Both the position numbers and the translations under genes were made by a program. From positions 96,001 to 160,000 of IMG/VR virus record IMGVR_UViG_3300049043_000070: a DNA stretch of 64,000 nucleotides; one strand, given 5' to 3'. The notes beneath the pieces were generated by a model. That model ran no database searches. It worked only from the letters and a program-made list of their open reading frames with translations, and had not been told where the DNA came from. This document shows, piece after piece, positions 10,828-23,033 of the stretch. Source of the DNA: a virus. Position 1 is the first letter of the stretch, and every line of letters starts with the position of its first letter.

Positions 10828-13012
10828 ATGGCAAGTCAAGTCTCGCCTGGTGTTGTTATTAAAGAGCGTGATTTATCCAATGCTGTTGTCACAGGAGCAC
10901 TCGCAATTCGTGCTGCTTTTGCTTCAACATTCCGCACTGGACCAGTAGGCAAAATTATTAACGTAAATTCAGAAAGAGAATTAATTGATACTTTCGGAAC
11001 ACGAGCTGAGGCAAATGCTTCTGATTGGTTGGTCGCAGCAGAGTTTCTACGTTATGGTGGACAGTTAGCTGTTCTTCGCGCAGAAACCACTGTAAAGAAC
11101 GCAACCAAGAGTGGCACTGGTGTTCTTGTTTCTGACAAGGACGCATTTGATGCTGGTGTTACAACAGAAAAATTCCTTGCTCGCTATGCGGGAACTGAAG
11201 GGAACTATTACCGTGTAGTTATTGTTGATCGTGGTGCTGATTACAAAGTAGCAAAAGTAGGTCACGGTCTTTCTGTTGGTGGTACTTTTACAGACAACTC
11301 TGGCGTTACTCACGAAGTTTATGACGTTGTTGATAACGACAACTTCACTGTTGTAAAAGGAAGCGCAGTACCAACATCAATTCCAACAGGAAAAATTCTA
11401 ACAACCAATTCAGTTAATGGAACTGCTGCTACTGGTTCTGCTTCATACACTAACGTTACTTATACAACTAATAGTTCTGCTGGAACTGGAGCAACCTTTA
11501 ACGTTTCTCGTTCTGCTGGGGCATATACAGTTACAATTTCTGGCGGTGGATCAGGATATATTGCTGGAAATACCTTTACAATTCTTGGAACTGCTTTGGG
11601 TGGAACTTCTCCAACAAACGACTTAACATTCAATGCTGCTACTGTTGTCACGGTAGCATCAACAGTTTCAGCATACACCAATTCTGATTGGAACGCAGAA
11701 CTAATTGGATCAACTGGTTTATCATTCAAGGCAATCAGGTCCTCGCCCTGGTACTTCACCATGGGCATCTGAGCGTTATCTTTCATATGACGAAGTTCAT
11801 GTTGCTGTAATTGATGAGAGAGATAATTCAGTTGTTGAGCGTTTCACATATCTTTCAAAGATCTCTGATGCTAAGTCACCAGAAGGAAATTCAACATACT
11901 GGAAGTCAGCAATCAATGAATTTTCAAATTACATCTATGCTGGCCAAGAATTGACTTCTTCTGAGATCACAACTGCTGGTGAAAATCCAGGTGGAACTGC
12001 TGCTTCATATGCCGCAACTTCTGGTGCTCCAAAAGAACTATCAAGAATTCTTCAGTCTGCTGGCGGAACTTTATCTGGTGGTCTTGATGATTTCGCATAT
12101 TCTTCTGGAGAAATTCAAGCAGCATATGACGAGTTCTTGGATACTGAAGCAACAAGCATTGATTTCATTCTCATGGGCGGATCTATGAGTAATGAAACAG
12201 ATACAATCGCTAAAGCACAGGCAGTTGCTTCTATCGCAAATAGTAGAAAAGATTGTGTTGCCTTCATCTCACCATATGTCGGTAATCAGGTAGCTACCTC
12301 TGGTGGTGCTGCGATTACTCCAGCAACTCAGTTAGCAAATACCATCGCATTCTTTGACAACATTGCTTCAAGCTCGTATGTCGTTCTAGATAGTGGTATC
12401 AAGTATACATACGATCGTTTCAACGATAAGTACCGTTATATCGGATGTAATGGTGATACCGCTGGTGTTTGTGTTTCAACTTCAGCAATTTTAGATGACT
12501 GGTATTCACCTGCTGGTCTAAATCGTGGTGGAATTCAGAATGTTGTAAAACTTGCTTTCAACCCCAACAAGGCACAGAGAGATGATCTTTACAGCAACAG
12601 AATTAATCCGGTAGTTTCTCTTCCTGGTTCTGGTCCTGTTCTCTTTGGTGATAAGACTGCTCTCGCTTCTCCTTCAGCATTTGACAGAATTAACGTTCGT
12701 CGTCTATTCCTGAATGTTGAGAAGAGAGTTAAGGGACTTGCCGAAGGAGTACTCTTTGAGCAAAACGATAGCACAACCCGTAGTAACTTTACTGCTTCAA
12801 TTTCTTCTTACTTGTCAGAAATTCAAGCACGTAGAGGTGTAACTGACTTCCTCGTTGTTTGCGACGAAACAAACAATACTCCAGAAGTCATTGATAGAAA
12901 TGAGTTTGTTGCTGAACTCTACCTCAGGCCAACCCGCTCAATCAATTATGTTACCGTGACAGTAACTGCTACCAGAACGGGCGTTTCCTTCTCGGAAGTA
13001 ATTGGTAGATAA
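10828..13012 (+). CDS. gp18: tail sheath protein gp18 (frameshift near 11740)
   Basis: SPGVVIKERDL, WYSPAGLNRG, FDRINVRRLF, PTRSINYV. Confidence 0.96.
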
Positions 13013-13050
13013 TTAGTAATAGAAAATAAACATCACAGAGGTAACCACTA

Positions 13051-13638
13051 ATGGCATTATCAAACGTAAGTCAGTTTCTACAAACTATCGGTCAGGGCGT
13101 AAAGCCCAATATGTTCCTGATCGACGTTCAGTTCCCTGCTACACTTTCAAAGCAAACCGAAGATCAAAATCTTACAAATCTACTTTGTAAGTCAGCAGCA
13201 CTTCCAGGTTCAAACTTGGGTGTTATTGAAGTTCCTTTCCGTGGAAGAACAGTTAAGATCGCAGGTGATCGCACCTTTGATACTTGGACTACTACATTCT
13301 TCAACGATAAGGATTTCAAACTACGCGCATTCTTTGAGCAGTGGGCAAACAGCATCAATACACACGAAGCAAATACAGCACCACTTTTTGTTCCTAACAA
13401 TTCTACTGGTTATATGGCAGATCTTTCTGTCCAGCAATTGGAGAAAGATGCTAGTGAGGAAGGAGCTATTCTTAGATCATATACTCTGAAGTATTGCTTC
13501 CCAACCAACGTTTCTCAAATTGACATTGCTTATGATAGCAATGATCAGATTGAAGAGTTCACCGTTGAATGGCAGTATTCATACTTTACTGCTCAGGCAG
13601 GAACCAGACAAGGAGTTTCTTCAATTCCAATCGTCTGA
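13051..13638 (+). CDS. gp19: tail tube protein gp19
   Basis: LPGSNLGVIEVPFRGR, DRTFDTW, IEEFTVEWQY. Confidence 0.96.
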   Translation: MALSNVSQFLQTIGQGVKPNMFLIDVQFPATLSKQTEDQNLTNLLCKSAALPGSNLGVIEVPFRGRTVKIAGDRTFDTWTTTFFNDKDFKLRAFFEQWANSINTHEANTAPLFVPNNSTGYMADLSVQQLEKDASEEGAILRSYTLKYCFPTNVSQIDIAYDSNDQIEEFTVEWQYSYFTAQAGTRQGVSSIPIV

Positions 13639-13681
13639 TAAACAGATAAATAGTTTGACTAACAGAGTTGAATAAGTAATT

Positions 13682-15385
13682 ATGAGTCAACTATTTTGGC
13701 TTCCAAATCAATAGAAAGGAGGGACAGAAGGGTCAATCCCCTGTCCCTCCTTCTGCTGATGAACCAATCGCCGTTGCTGCTGGTGGTTATTTCGGAACAT
13801 ATGTAGATACGGATCATGCTGCTCGCAATGAGTATGAACTAATTCGTAGGTATCGTGATATGGCACTTCATCCTGAAGTTGATAGTGCCGTTGATGAAGT
13901 TGTCAATGAATTTGTAGTCAGTGATGCTCACGATAGTCCAGTTGAAATCAATTTAGATAATTTAGATATTGGTGCTGGTGTAAAAAATAAGATTAGAAAT
14001 GAATTTGATCATGTCAAAAAACTTTTAAATTTTGATAACAGAGCACATGAAATTGTGCGTAATTGGTACATTGATGGTCGTTTATTTTATCATAAAGTTA
14101 TAGATTTAGACAATCCAAGAAAAGGAATTTTAGAACTTCGTTATATTGATCCATTAAAGATCAAAAAAGTTCGCCAAAAATTAGATAACAAAGCAAAGGA
14201 TAGTCTCACTCGTGCTGCTATAAAAGGAACAGCATTAGAGTATGAATACGGAACATTTGTTGATTACTTCCTGTTTAATCCTAAGGGGTTTTATCAAGGT
14301 GGTACTCTTGGTCCAGTTGGAGATATGTCATTATCTCAAGGAGTTAAGATCACAACAGATGCTATCACTTTTGTTCCTTCAGGATTACAGGATCTCAACA
14401 AAAGAATGGTGTTGAGCTTCCTTCACAAAGCAATCAAGTCACTCAATCAACTCCGCATGATTGAAGACAGTCTTGTTATCTACAGATTATCTCGTGCTCC
14501 AGAACGTAGAATTTTTTACATTGATGTGGGCAATCTACCAAAGGTAAAGGCAGAGCAATATCTTCGTGATGTAATGTCTCGTTACAGAAACAAGCTTGTC
14601 TATGATGCTAACACTGGAGAGATGCGTGATGATAAAAAGCATATGTCAATGCTTGAAGACTTCTGGCTTCCTCGTCGTGAAGGTGGTAGAGGAACTGAAA
14701 TCACTACACTCCCAGGCGGTCAAAACCTTGGTGAACTCAAGGACGTTGAGTATTTCAAAAAGAAACTTTACAACTCACTCAACCTACCACCTTCCCGTCT
14801 TACTGATGACAACAAAGGGTTTAATCTTGGTAAGACCACAGAGGTTCTCAGGGATGAACTCAAGTTTGCTAAGTTCATCGGTCGTCTCCGCAAGCGTTTC
14901 AGCGAACTATTCCAAGATATTCTCAAGACCCAACTAATTCTTAAAGGTGTTATTTCACCCGGAGATTGGGATGATATGAAGGAGCATATTCAGTATGACT
15001 TCTTATTTGATAATCATTTCAACGAACTGAAAGAAATTGAAATGATGACCCAGAGAATGAATGCTGTCACTCAAATGGATCCGTTTGTGGGTAAGTACTA
15101 TTCAATTGAATTTATCAGAAGAAATATTTTACAACAAACAGAAAAAGACTATAAGGAGATTGACAAGCAAATTAAATCAGAAATTAATTCTGGTTTGGTC
15201 ATGGATCCAAAAGATACAAATATGTTTGACACAATGGATCGTCAGAACACATCTTTACAACCAGAGTTACAAAACATTCAAGCGGATGATAGTGCAGAAG
15301 AGAACAAGCATCTGCTGATGCCAATATGGAAAGAGAGATTGAAAAGATGAAGATGCAACCAAAAACATCTGAAAATAATAAATAA
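13682..15385 (+). CDS. gp20: portal protein gp20 (indels near both ends)
   Basis: HPEVDSAVDE, RAPERRIFYIDVGNLP, EDFWLPRREGGRGTEI. Confidence 0.96.
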
Positions 15386-15404
15386 AGTATATTGTCTTAA
15401 TATT

Positions 15405-15626
15405 ATGTCTGAAAACAATCAAGAGACTGGTGTGGTTGATATTGTAAATAAAATCAGCGACAACGATAGAGCATCAGCAATTGATGCTATTCACGATTTG
15501 CTTTTTTCCAGAGCATCTAATGCTATGGCGCAATATAAGCAAATTGTAGCAGATACATTTTTTGATGAACCTACCGAAGAACCTACCGAAGAAACTACAG
15601 ATGAAACTGATAACGGAACAGATTGA
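15405..15626 (+). CDS. small acidic prohead core protein (gp67/68 position)
   Basis: Acidic 73 aa between gp20 and gp21. Confidence 0.65.
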   Translation: MSENNQETGVVDIVNKISDNDRASAIDAIHDLLFSRASNAMAQYKQIVADTFFDEPTEEPTEETTDETDNGTD

Positions 15627-16245
15627 GGACGTACAAGTTCTTACAGAAGAAAAAGATGGAAAAAAACTCCTATACATTGAGGGTGTTTTTCTTCAGTCTG
15701 AACTAAAGAACCGTAATGGTCGTATGTATCCGTTTGACATTCTTAACAGAGAAGTTAGCAGATATACTGAAGAATATGTAAAGACGAAAGAGACTCTTGG
15801 AGAACTTGGACATCCAGACGGACCGACTGTAAATTTGGATAGAGTATCTCACAGAATTACAGAACTACGCACAGAAGGGCACAACTTCTATGGTAAGGCA
15901 CAAATTCTTGATACTCCAATGGGAAGGATCGCAAAATCACTTTTAGAAGAAGGAGTTCAACTTGGAGTTTCTTCAAGAGGTATGGGAAGTATTGATAAGA
16001 GAGAAGATGTTGCGATTGTCCGCGATGATTTTATGTTAACTACTGCTGCTGATATTGTAGCAGATCCCTCAGCACCTGATGCTTTTGTCAATGGCATCAT
16101 GGAAGGAAAAGAATGGATTTGGGAAAACGGTATTTTAAAGGAAGCAAAACTTGATAAATATCGTAAATATATTGATGAGGCTTCAGACCGCAAATTGGAA
16201 GAGAAGGTCCTCAAAGTATTTGAAGATTTTCTCTCAAATATTTGA
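15601..16245 (+). CDS. gp21: prohead protease gp21
   Basis: MKLITE, NRNGRMY, GELGHP, GVSSRGMGS, DPSAPDA. Confidence 0.95.
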   Translation: MKLITEQIEDVQVLTEEKDGKKLLYIEGVFLQSELKNRNGRMYPFDILNREVSRYTEEYVKTKETLGELGHPDGPTVNLDRVSHRITELRTEGHNFYGKAQILDTPMGRIAKSLLEEGVQLGVSSRGMGSIDKREDVAIVRDDFMLTTAADIVADPSAPDAFVNGIMEGKEWIWENGILKEAKLDKYRKYIDEASDRKLEEKVLKVFEDFLSNI

Positions 16246-16296
16246 ATTCATAAATAATTTTAGATTAATCATAAGGAAATTAAGGGGTAAACTCAA

Positions 16297-17455
16297 ATGT
16301 CAGATATGCTAAACGAAAAGTTTGAGGAGTTTGTTGCTAAGCAAAATATTATTTCGGAAGCTGGCGATCCAATGCCAACAGTTTCCGCATCTGTGATCCC
16401 TGGTGCTGGCAGCGATCCTTCTCAGGTTTCTGACGCGCAGACTGCTAAAGCTGGCGGAAAGGATCCTATGCCAACTGTTCAACCATCAGTAGCTCCTGGT
16501 CAAAAGGCAGCAACTGATCTTGGCGGTTCATCTTCTGGTCCACTTCATAACAACAATGAAGATGGAGAAGAAAATCCTGGAGCAAAAGCAGCAGCAGGAA
16601 TTTCTCAAATTTCTGGTGACCCCCAACTAGCATCTAAGAAAGATGCTGGCGATCAAGGAACCCAACCAAAGGTTGGTGTTGAGGTTGCTTATGGAACCAA
16701 GATGGGCGGAGCAGTTACTTACCCAATCAAACCATCATTTGAAGACCTTGATGTTTCCGATGATATTAACGCCCTCCTTGAGGGAACAGAACTCTCAGAA
16801 GAGTTTGCCGAAAAAGCAAAGACAATCTTTGAAGCTGCTGTAAAGGCAAAAATTTCTGAAGAGTATGACAGACTTGTAGAATACTTTGCCAACGAACTTG
16901 ACAATCAGGTAGAAACTTTTAAAGCAGAACTATCTGAAGAAGTTAATGGCACTGTAATCTACGCCATCGGTCAGTGGATGGAAGAAAACCAAGTTGCCAT
17001 TGACCGTGGTATCAGAAATGAGATTACTGAAGACTTCATCGCAGGTCTTAAGAATCTTTTTGAAGAGCACTATATCTCTATTCCTGATGAAAAAATTGAA
17101 GTAGTAGAAGGTATGGTTGATCAAATTCGTGAGATGGAAGAGCGCCTAGACGAACAGGTTAAGGCGAACGTGAAGTTACAAAATCGCCTAAATGAGGCTG
17201 CCAAAATCAATATTCTGTCCATTGTGTCAGAAGGTCTCGCAGACACTCAGAAGGACAAACTCGCCGCACTTGCTGAGGGCATTGAATTTGTTTCTGAAGA
17301 AGATTTCTCCAAGAAAGTGAAAACTATCAAAGAGTCAGTACTTCAAAGAAACAATCACAATTCCTAGTGATGCTGCTGACGAAACCCCAGTAGAAGGTCA
17401 AGAGGTATCTCCAGTAATGGCAGCATATCTCCAAGCACTTAATCGCTGGTCATAA
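16297..17455 (+). CDS. gp22: prohead core scaffold gp22 (indel near C-terminus)
   Basis: KAKTIFEAAV; acidic coiled coil between gp21 and gp23. Confidence 0.9.
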
Positions 17456-17488
17456 TAATAAATCCAAATTTCTTTCCGGAGCAAACAA

Positions 17489-18945
17489 ATGTTTAACGCA
17501 AAAGCTCTAACAGAAAAGTGGTCACCTGTTCTAGGTCACGAAGGCGCTGGTGCCATCAAAGACAACTATAGAAAGGCTGTTACCGCTGTTCTTTTAGAAA
17601 ACACAGAAAATTCACTACGCGAAGAGCGTGGTATGATGACCGAAACCATCAATAGTGCTGGCGCCATTGGAACCAACGCACTTTCAGGTTCTGGTCTTGA
17701 CACCAAAACTGGTGGTCTAGCAGGTTTCGATCCTGTTATGATCTCCCTAATCCGCAGAGCAATGCCTAACCTCGTTGCTTATGATATCTGCGGTGTTCAA
17801 CCAATGACTGGTCCTACCGGACTAATCTTCGCAATGAAGTCACACTATCAAGCTGAGAATGACGCTAACCTCCGTGCTGGTCGTGAAGCTCTCTACAATG
17901 AGCCAGATAGCAACTTCTCTGCTTCTTCAAAAGGTCAAAGCTGATTACGACAACGATCCACTCGGAACTGATGACGTATATCCTCTTGGCGATGGTGGTA
18001 CTACCGACGCAAACCGAGGTCTTCTAAACGACGCATCTGGTGGTGGTACAACTGCTGCTAACTATGAGCGTGGCACTGCTGCTACGGCTCGTAACGTTGC
18101 CGAAACTCTTGGTTCTGGAAACACTCTCTTCAACGAGATGACTTTCAGCATTGAGAAGACTGCCGTTACTGCTAAGACCAGAGCACTCAAAGCAGAGTAC
18201 ACTCTTGAGCTAGCACAAGACCTCAAGGCAATCCACGGTCTTGACGCTGAGCAAGAGCTTGCCAATCTTCTTTCCAGCGAGATCCTTGCTGAAATCAATC
18301 GTGAGGTTGTACGTACAGTTTATACTGTTGCTAAGCAAGGTGCTCAGAACAACGTTGCTAACGCAGGTGTATTTGACCTTGACGTTGACAGCAATGGTCG
18401 CTGGTCAGTTGAGAAGTTCAAGGGTCTTATGTTCCAGGTTGAGCGCGATGCTAACGCTATTGCTCAGCAAACTCGTAGAGGAAAGGGTAACTTCATCATC
18501 ACTTCTGCTGACGTTGCTTCTGCTCTCGCAATGAGCGGAACTCTTGACTACACCTCTGGTCTAACTGGAGCTGGTGGTCCTTCAATCGGTGAAGTAGATG
18601 ACACTGGTAACCTACTTGTAGGAACCATGAACGGCAGAATTAAGGTCTATGTTGATCCTTATTCGGCAAAACGTTTCCAACACCCACTGACTGATGTTGT
18701 TGGCATACAAGGGTTCTTCGCCATATGACGCAGGACTATTCTACTGCCCATATGTTCCCCTTCAGATGCTCCGCAGCATTGACCCTAACACCTTCCAGCC
18801 AAAGATTGGCTTCAAGACCCGTTATGGTATGGTTGCTAACCCATTTGTCGTTCAGTCAAATGGTACTCCAGATGCTGAGACACTCACACATAACCGTAAC
18901 CAATACTACAGAAGAGTACGTGTTGCTAACCTGAATGTGAGTTAA
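17489..18945 (+). CDS. gp23: major capsid protein gp23 (two frameshifts)
   Basis: GVQPMTGPTGLIFAM, RALKAEYTLELAQDLKAIHGLDAE, FQPKIGFKTRYG. Confidence 0.97.
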
Positions 18946-18960
18946 TTCACACATTAACAC

Positions 18961-18988
18961 AGGGGACCCCGAAGGGGGTCCCTTTTTT
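18961..18988 (+). terminator. intrinsic terminator after gp23
   Basis: GGGGACCCC-GAAG-GGGGTCCC then TTTTTT. Confidence 0.85.
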
Positions 18989-19017
18989 ATTAAATAGTAT
19001 CAGATGTAAATAATCCA

Positions 19018-19187
19018 ATGCCAAGGGGTCGTTTATCTGAAGGTTGATATTCAAAACAAAATTTATAAATTAAAAATGTCTCTGACATAATAATGAAATT
19101 TGCTCCAATTGTTCGGAAGAAAAAAGAGCAGGAGCACAATGGATTTTAAATGAACTCTTAGATTTTATTAACGAATATCACTCCTAA
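19018..19187 (+). CDS. small hypothetical protein (frameshifted)
   Basis: MPRGRLS...LNELLDFINEYHS across indels. Confidence 0.4.
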
Positions 19188-19188
19188 A

Positions 19189-19326
19189 ATGGAATTAGAT
19201 CAATTATACAAACAAATTATAAGAATTAAAAACGATATGCTCATGGAGGAACCTTGCCCATTATACGAACCAGAATGGGAAGATGCCTGTGAGATGCCTT
19301 TGCTTGAACGGATAAATATGGTATAA
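19189..19326 (+). CDS. small hypothetical protein
   Basis: MELDQLYKQIIRIKNDMLMEEPCPLYEPEW. Confidence 0.45.
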   Translation: MELDQLYKQIIRIKNDMLMEEPCPLYEPEWEDACEMPLLERINMV

Positions 19327-19340
19327 CTTGGGAAGTTGAC

Positions 19341-19859
19341 ATGTCTGCTAAATGGTATAAGGAACAACCAAGGAATAGAAATTTTCTAAATCCAATTGGT
19401 TATCTCCTGAAGTTGGAAAAATTTGAAGGAACTGATTTCTTTTGTCAAAGAGCAAATCTTCCTGATATCAATATGCCAACTATTGAATATGCGACAAGAT
19501 TTCGTAATTTACCTATCATCCCTGGAGGTGGTGTCACCTTTGGGGATTTTACAATACAATTTATTGTTGATGAAGATCTGAAAAACTACTATTCAATTCA
19601 TAAGTGGATGCGTCAAAACGGCAGAGCAGACGATGATGCTGACACTCCACCACAAGAAGAATACAGCAATGCTCAACTACACATTGTAACTTCTGCTTAC
19701 AATCCAGCATTTATCGTATCATTTGAAAATATTTTTCCAATTTCATTGTCTAGTCTAGAGTTCAATGCTACAATGACAGATGTGGAATATCTTACAGCTG
19801 AAGTTACATTTAAACATCAGAGATTTTTCATCTTGAACAAAAACATGAAACCCCTATGA
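19341..19859 (+). CDS. gp3: tail completion protein gp3
   Basis: NRNFLNPIGY, FIVDEDLKNY, FPISLSSLEF. Confidence 0.88.
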   Translation: MSAKWYKEQPRNRNFLNPIGYLLKLEKFEGTDFFCQRANLPDINMPTIEYATRFRNLPIIPGGGVTFGDFTIQFIVDEDLKNYYSIHKWMRQNGRADDDADTPPQEEYSNAQLHIVTSAYNPAFIVSFENIFPISLSSLEFNATMTDVEYLTAEVTFKHQRFFILNKNMKPL

Positions 19860-20329
19860 ATTTTGAAAGTCTTCGTAATAAATTTGACAAATTAAGAGAA
19901 GAATGGGCAGAAGATAGCGCAGTAGATTTTCAGTTTAAGAATAAACAGTATACCACAGATCTTGGACAACTTGCGTTGGACATCCCTTTTCAACACAATA
20001 AATACTTAAACCACTACACTGACATCTCTCAGATAAAGACTTCTTTAGAGTTTGAAATCCGAAAATTAGTAAAAGAGAAACGTGAGTATTACTCAGGCGA
20101 AGCAGACGCAAAAACTTACGCCTCTAAACCATTTGGATCCAGCATCAAGACTTCAGAAAAAATGAAAACTTATCTTGAGGCAGACGAAGATATCGTCAAT
20201 CTTGAGGCAAAGATCAAATATCTTGACCAGATGTTGTACTGGTTGGATCAGGTTATGAAGCAAATTTCAAATAGAGGTTTTCAAATCAAGAGTGCCATTG
20301 AGTGGGAAAAATTTATCAATGGACAATAA
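19856..20329 (+). CDS. uvsY: recombination mediator UvsY
   Basis: RGFQIKSAIEWEKF C-terminus; synteny. Confidence 0.88.
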   Translation: MNFESLRNKFDKLREEWAEDSAVDFQFKNKQYTTDLGQLALDIPFQHNKYLNHYTDISQIKTSLEFEIRKLVKEKREYYSGEADAKTYASKPFGSSIKTSEKMKTYLEADEDIVNLEAKIKYLDQMLYWLDQVMKQISNRGFQIKSAIEWEKFINGQ

Positions 20330-21797
20330 TGACCATCCTTTCTGTTAAGAAGAAAAACGAAGTATATGTAACCATTCAATCCGAGGAGCTTCATGTTCAT
20401 ATGGAGACTTCTCGGATTATTTTACATTTGAAGTTCCCGAAGCAAAGTTTTTGAAGAAAAATCCACGTTACAAATACTGGATGGAACTATTCGTCTGTAC
20501 TCTCCTGGTACTGGCGAACTGTATGGTGGTCTAATGAAGCACCTACAAATATGGGCAGAAGAGCGTCAATATACCATACGATATGAAAAGAATGATTGGT
20601 ATGGAGATGTTGAGGAAATTAACGATTTTGTTTCTCTTGCTGGCATTAAAACCTTTATGGATAAAATCACCAGAGAAGGAATTAAACCAAGAGACTATCA
20701 ATATACTGCTGTTTATGAAGCAATAAAAAACAATCGTAAATTACTTCTTTCTCTACGGGTTCTGGAAAATCCTTGATGATCTATTCCCTCGTCAGATACT
20801 ATACTGCTACCAACAAGCAAACGTTGATCATCGTCCCTACTACGTCCCTCGTAGAACAGATGGTCAATGATTTTAAAGATTATGGGTGGAATGCGGATGA
20901 TTACGTTCATAAGATTTACTCTGGTAAAGATAAGAATACTGACAAACCCATTATCATTTCAACTTGGCAATCAATCTATAAGTTTCCCAAAAGATACTTT
21001 GATGATTTTGATTGTGTAATTGGTGATGAAGCTCACTTGTTTAAGTCTAAATCATTAACTGGTATTATGACAAAACTTCATAATGCGAAATATAGATTCG
21101 GTTTTACCGGAACCCTTGATGGCAGTAAAACACATAAATGGGTTTTGGAAGGTTTGTTTGGTGATTGTGAGCGTGTTACGAAGACAGATGATCTTATCCG
21201 TGATGGATATCTATCTAAATTTAGGATTAAAATATTATTATGTAAACACAGTCCGCAATATTTTGAAAACTATCATGATGAAATTGATTATTTGGTATCG
21301 CATAAAGGTAGAAATAATCTAATTAAAAATCTTATAAAAGATATTGAAGGTAATACTCTTGTGCTGTACAACTATATTGAGAAGCATGGTGAACCACTTT
21401 TTGATTTAATAAATAAGACAGTTGATCCGTCACGAAAAATATTTTTTGTCCATGGCGGAACAGATGTAGAGGATAGAGAGCAAGTCAGACAAATTACCGA
21501 GAATGAAAATAACGCTGTAATTATTGCTTCATACGGAACTTCTCTACTGGGATTAACATCAAAAGATTACACAATATTATTTTTGCTTCCCCTAGCAAAT
21601 CAAGAATTAGAAACCTCCAATCAATTGGTAGAGTTTTACGAAAAGGAGAAGGAAAAGATATGGCAACACTCTATGATATTGCTGATGATATTGGTGGTCA
21701 AAATTATACCCTTAAACATCTCAACGAAAGAGTTAATATTTACAATGAAGAAAACTTTAAGTATGAGGTAATCAAAATAAATTTACGCGCAAATTAA
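20329..21797 (+). CDS. uvsW: DNA helicase UvsW (frameshifted)
   Basis: PRDYQ, TGSGKS across indel, IVPTTSLVEQM, GDEAHLFK, GFTGTL. Confidence 0.93.
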
Positions 21798-21799
21798 AT

Positions 21800-22199
21800 A
21801 TGGAAGAAGAATTTTATGCAACCATTAAATTAGTATCTGGTGAGGAAATTATTTCAAAAGTTTGTTATATGCCAGAAGAGGATAAACTCCTATTGGATAA
21901 ACCTCTATTAGTGGAGACAGCAAAACAAAAGAAAGGACAATTAGAAGTTACTGGATTTATTCTTAAAGAATGGGTATCAGCAACTTTTGATCAAATGTTT
22001 GTGGTTCGTAGAGATCATATTTTAACAATGTCTGAAATTGAAGACTTCAATTTTAGACTTCTACGAAAAGAGCCTAAACAGATTTAACACAGGAAAAAGC
22101 TTTGTTGATGGATCTAATAAACTTCCCAGAAGATCCGGATACCTAGGATCAATAAAAGAAATGAAAAAATCTTTAGAAGATATCTATAAAAAAAGTTAA
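21800..22199 (+). CDS. conserved hypothetical protein (frameshifted)
   Basis: FYATIKLVSGEEIISKV; position between uvsW and gp55. Confidence 0.7.
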
Positions 22200-22269
22200 A
22201 AGCCTTAATTCCCTTGAACCCTTAACAGAGTTATTGTACTGAGTTTTTGAGGTTGTGTCAGGCCCCCTT

Positions 22270-22298
22270 TACAATTGACCAACGTAATGCTATACTTG
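22270..22298 (+). promoter_or_regulatory. sigma70-type promoter upstream of gp55
   Basis: TTTACA-N17-TATACT with TG extension. Confidence 0.55.
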
Positions 22299-22320
22299 AT
22301 ACAGATAATGTGAGAAACCC

Positions 22321-22824
22321 GTGATTACAGCAGTAATGACAAAGAAAAAAACAGAGAACTACGTTAATAATAAAGAGTTTCTTGCTGCGATCAGTGAATA
22401 TCGCTTGAAGGTTATTGCTGCGCGAGAAACAGGCAAACCTCGCCCGAGTAACAAACTACTTGGGGGAATGTTTCTTAAAGATTGCTACTCATCTATCTTA
22501 TAAACCAAATTTCGTCAATTACATGTTCCGCGAGGATATGATTTGTGACGGAATTGAAAATTGCTTACAGTATATTGATAACTTTGATCCAGAGAAATCA
22601 ACCAATCCGTTTGCTTATTTCACACAGATTATTTACTACGCATTCCTTCGTCGTATTCAGAAGAGAAGAAACAGCTTGAGATCAAAGGAAAGATCCTTGA
22701 GCGTTCAGGATATGACGAAGTAATGCACACTGACACATTTGATGGTACAATGTCTGGTATGAACGCATCTTACTCAGATATGGGAACGATCAAAGAAAGT
22801 ATTGAAACACGAATGAACCGATGA
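22321..22824 (+). CDS. gp55: late sigma factor gp55 (frameshifted)
   Basis: YVNNKEFL, KIATHLSYKPNF, NPFAYFTQIIYYAFLRRI. Confidence 0.94.
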
Positions 22825-23033
22825 GTGATTATGAATGGATTGACGAATGTTTCCGTGTGGAACAGAAACGCTTTGGAACTTGGTCTAGCTACGATAAAGA
22901 AGGTAAGGGCATCCTCACCACACTTGATAAGGAACACCTTATTGATGCGACCCGTTGGTATTTACGAGCAAAACAAGAAGGGTTCTCTGAACCAACTATT
23001 CAATACGATGGAACTGTTGGAGGAAAGTTATGA
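22821..23033 (+). CDS. conserved hypothetical protein
   Basis: RFGTWSSYDKEGK...YDGTVGGKL. Confidence 0.7.
   Translation: MSDYEWIDECFRVEQKRFGTWSSYDKEGKGILTTLDKEHLIDATRWYLRAKQEGFSEPTIQYDGTVGGKL

Noticed and set aside
15567-15600. Short tandem repeat GAACCTACCGAA
   Set aside because: Just encodes an EPTE-EPTE-ETT acidic tail; not CRISPR or regulatory
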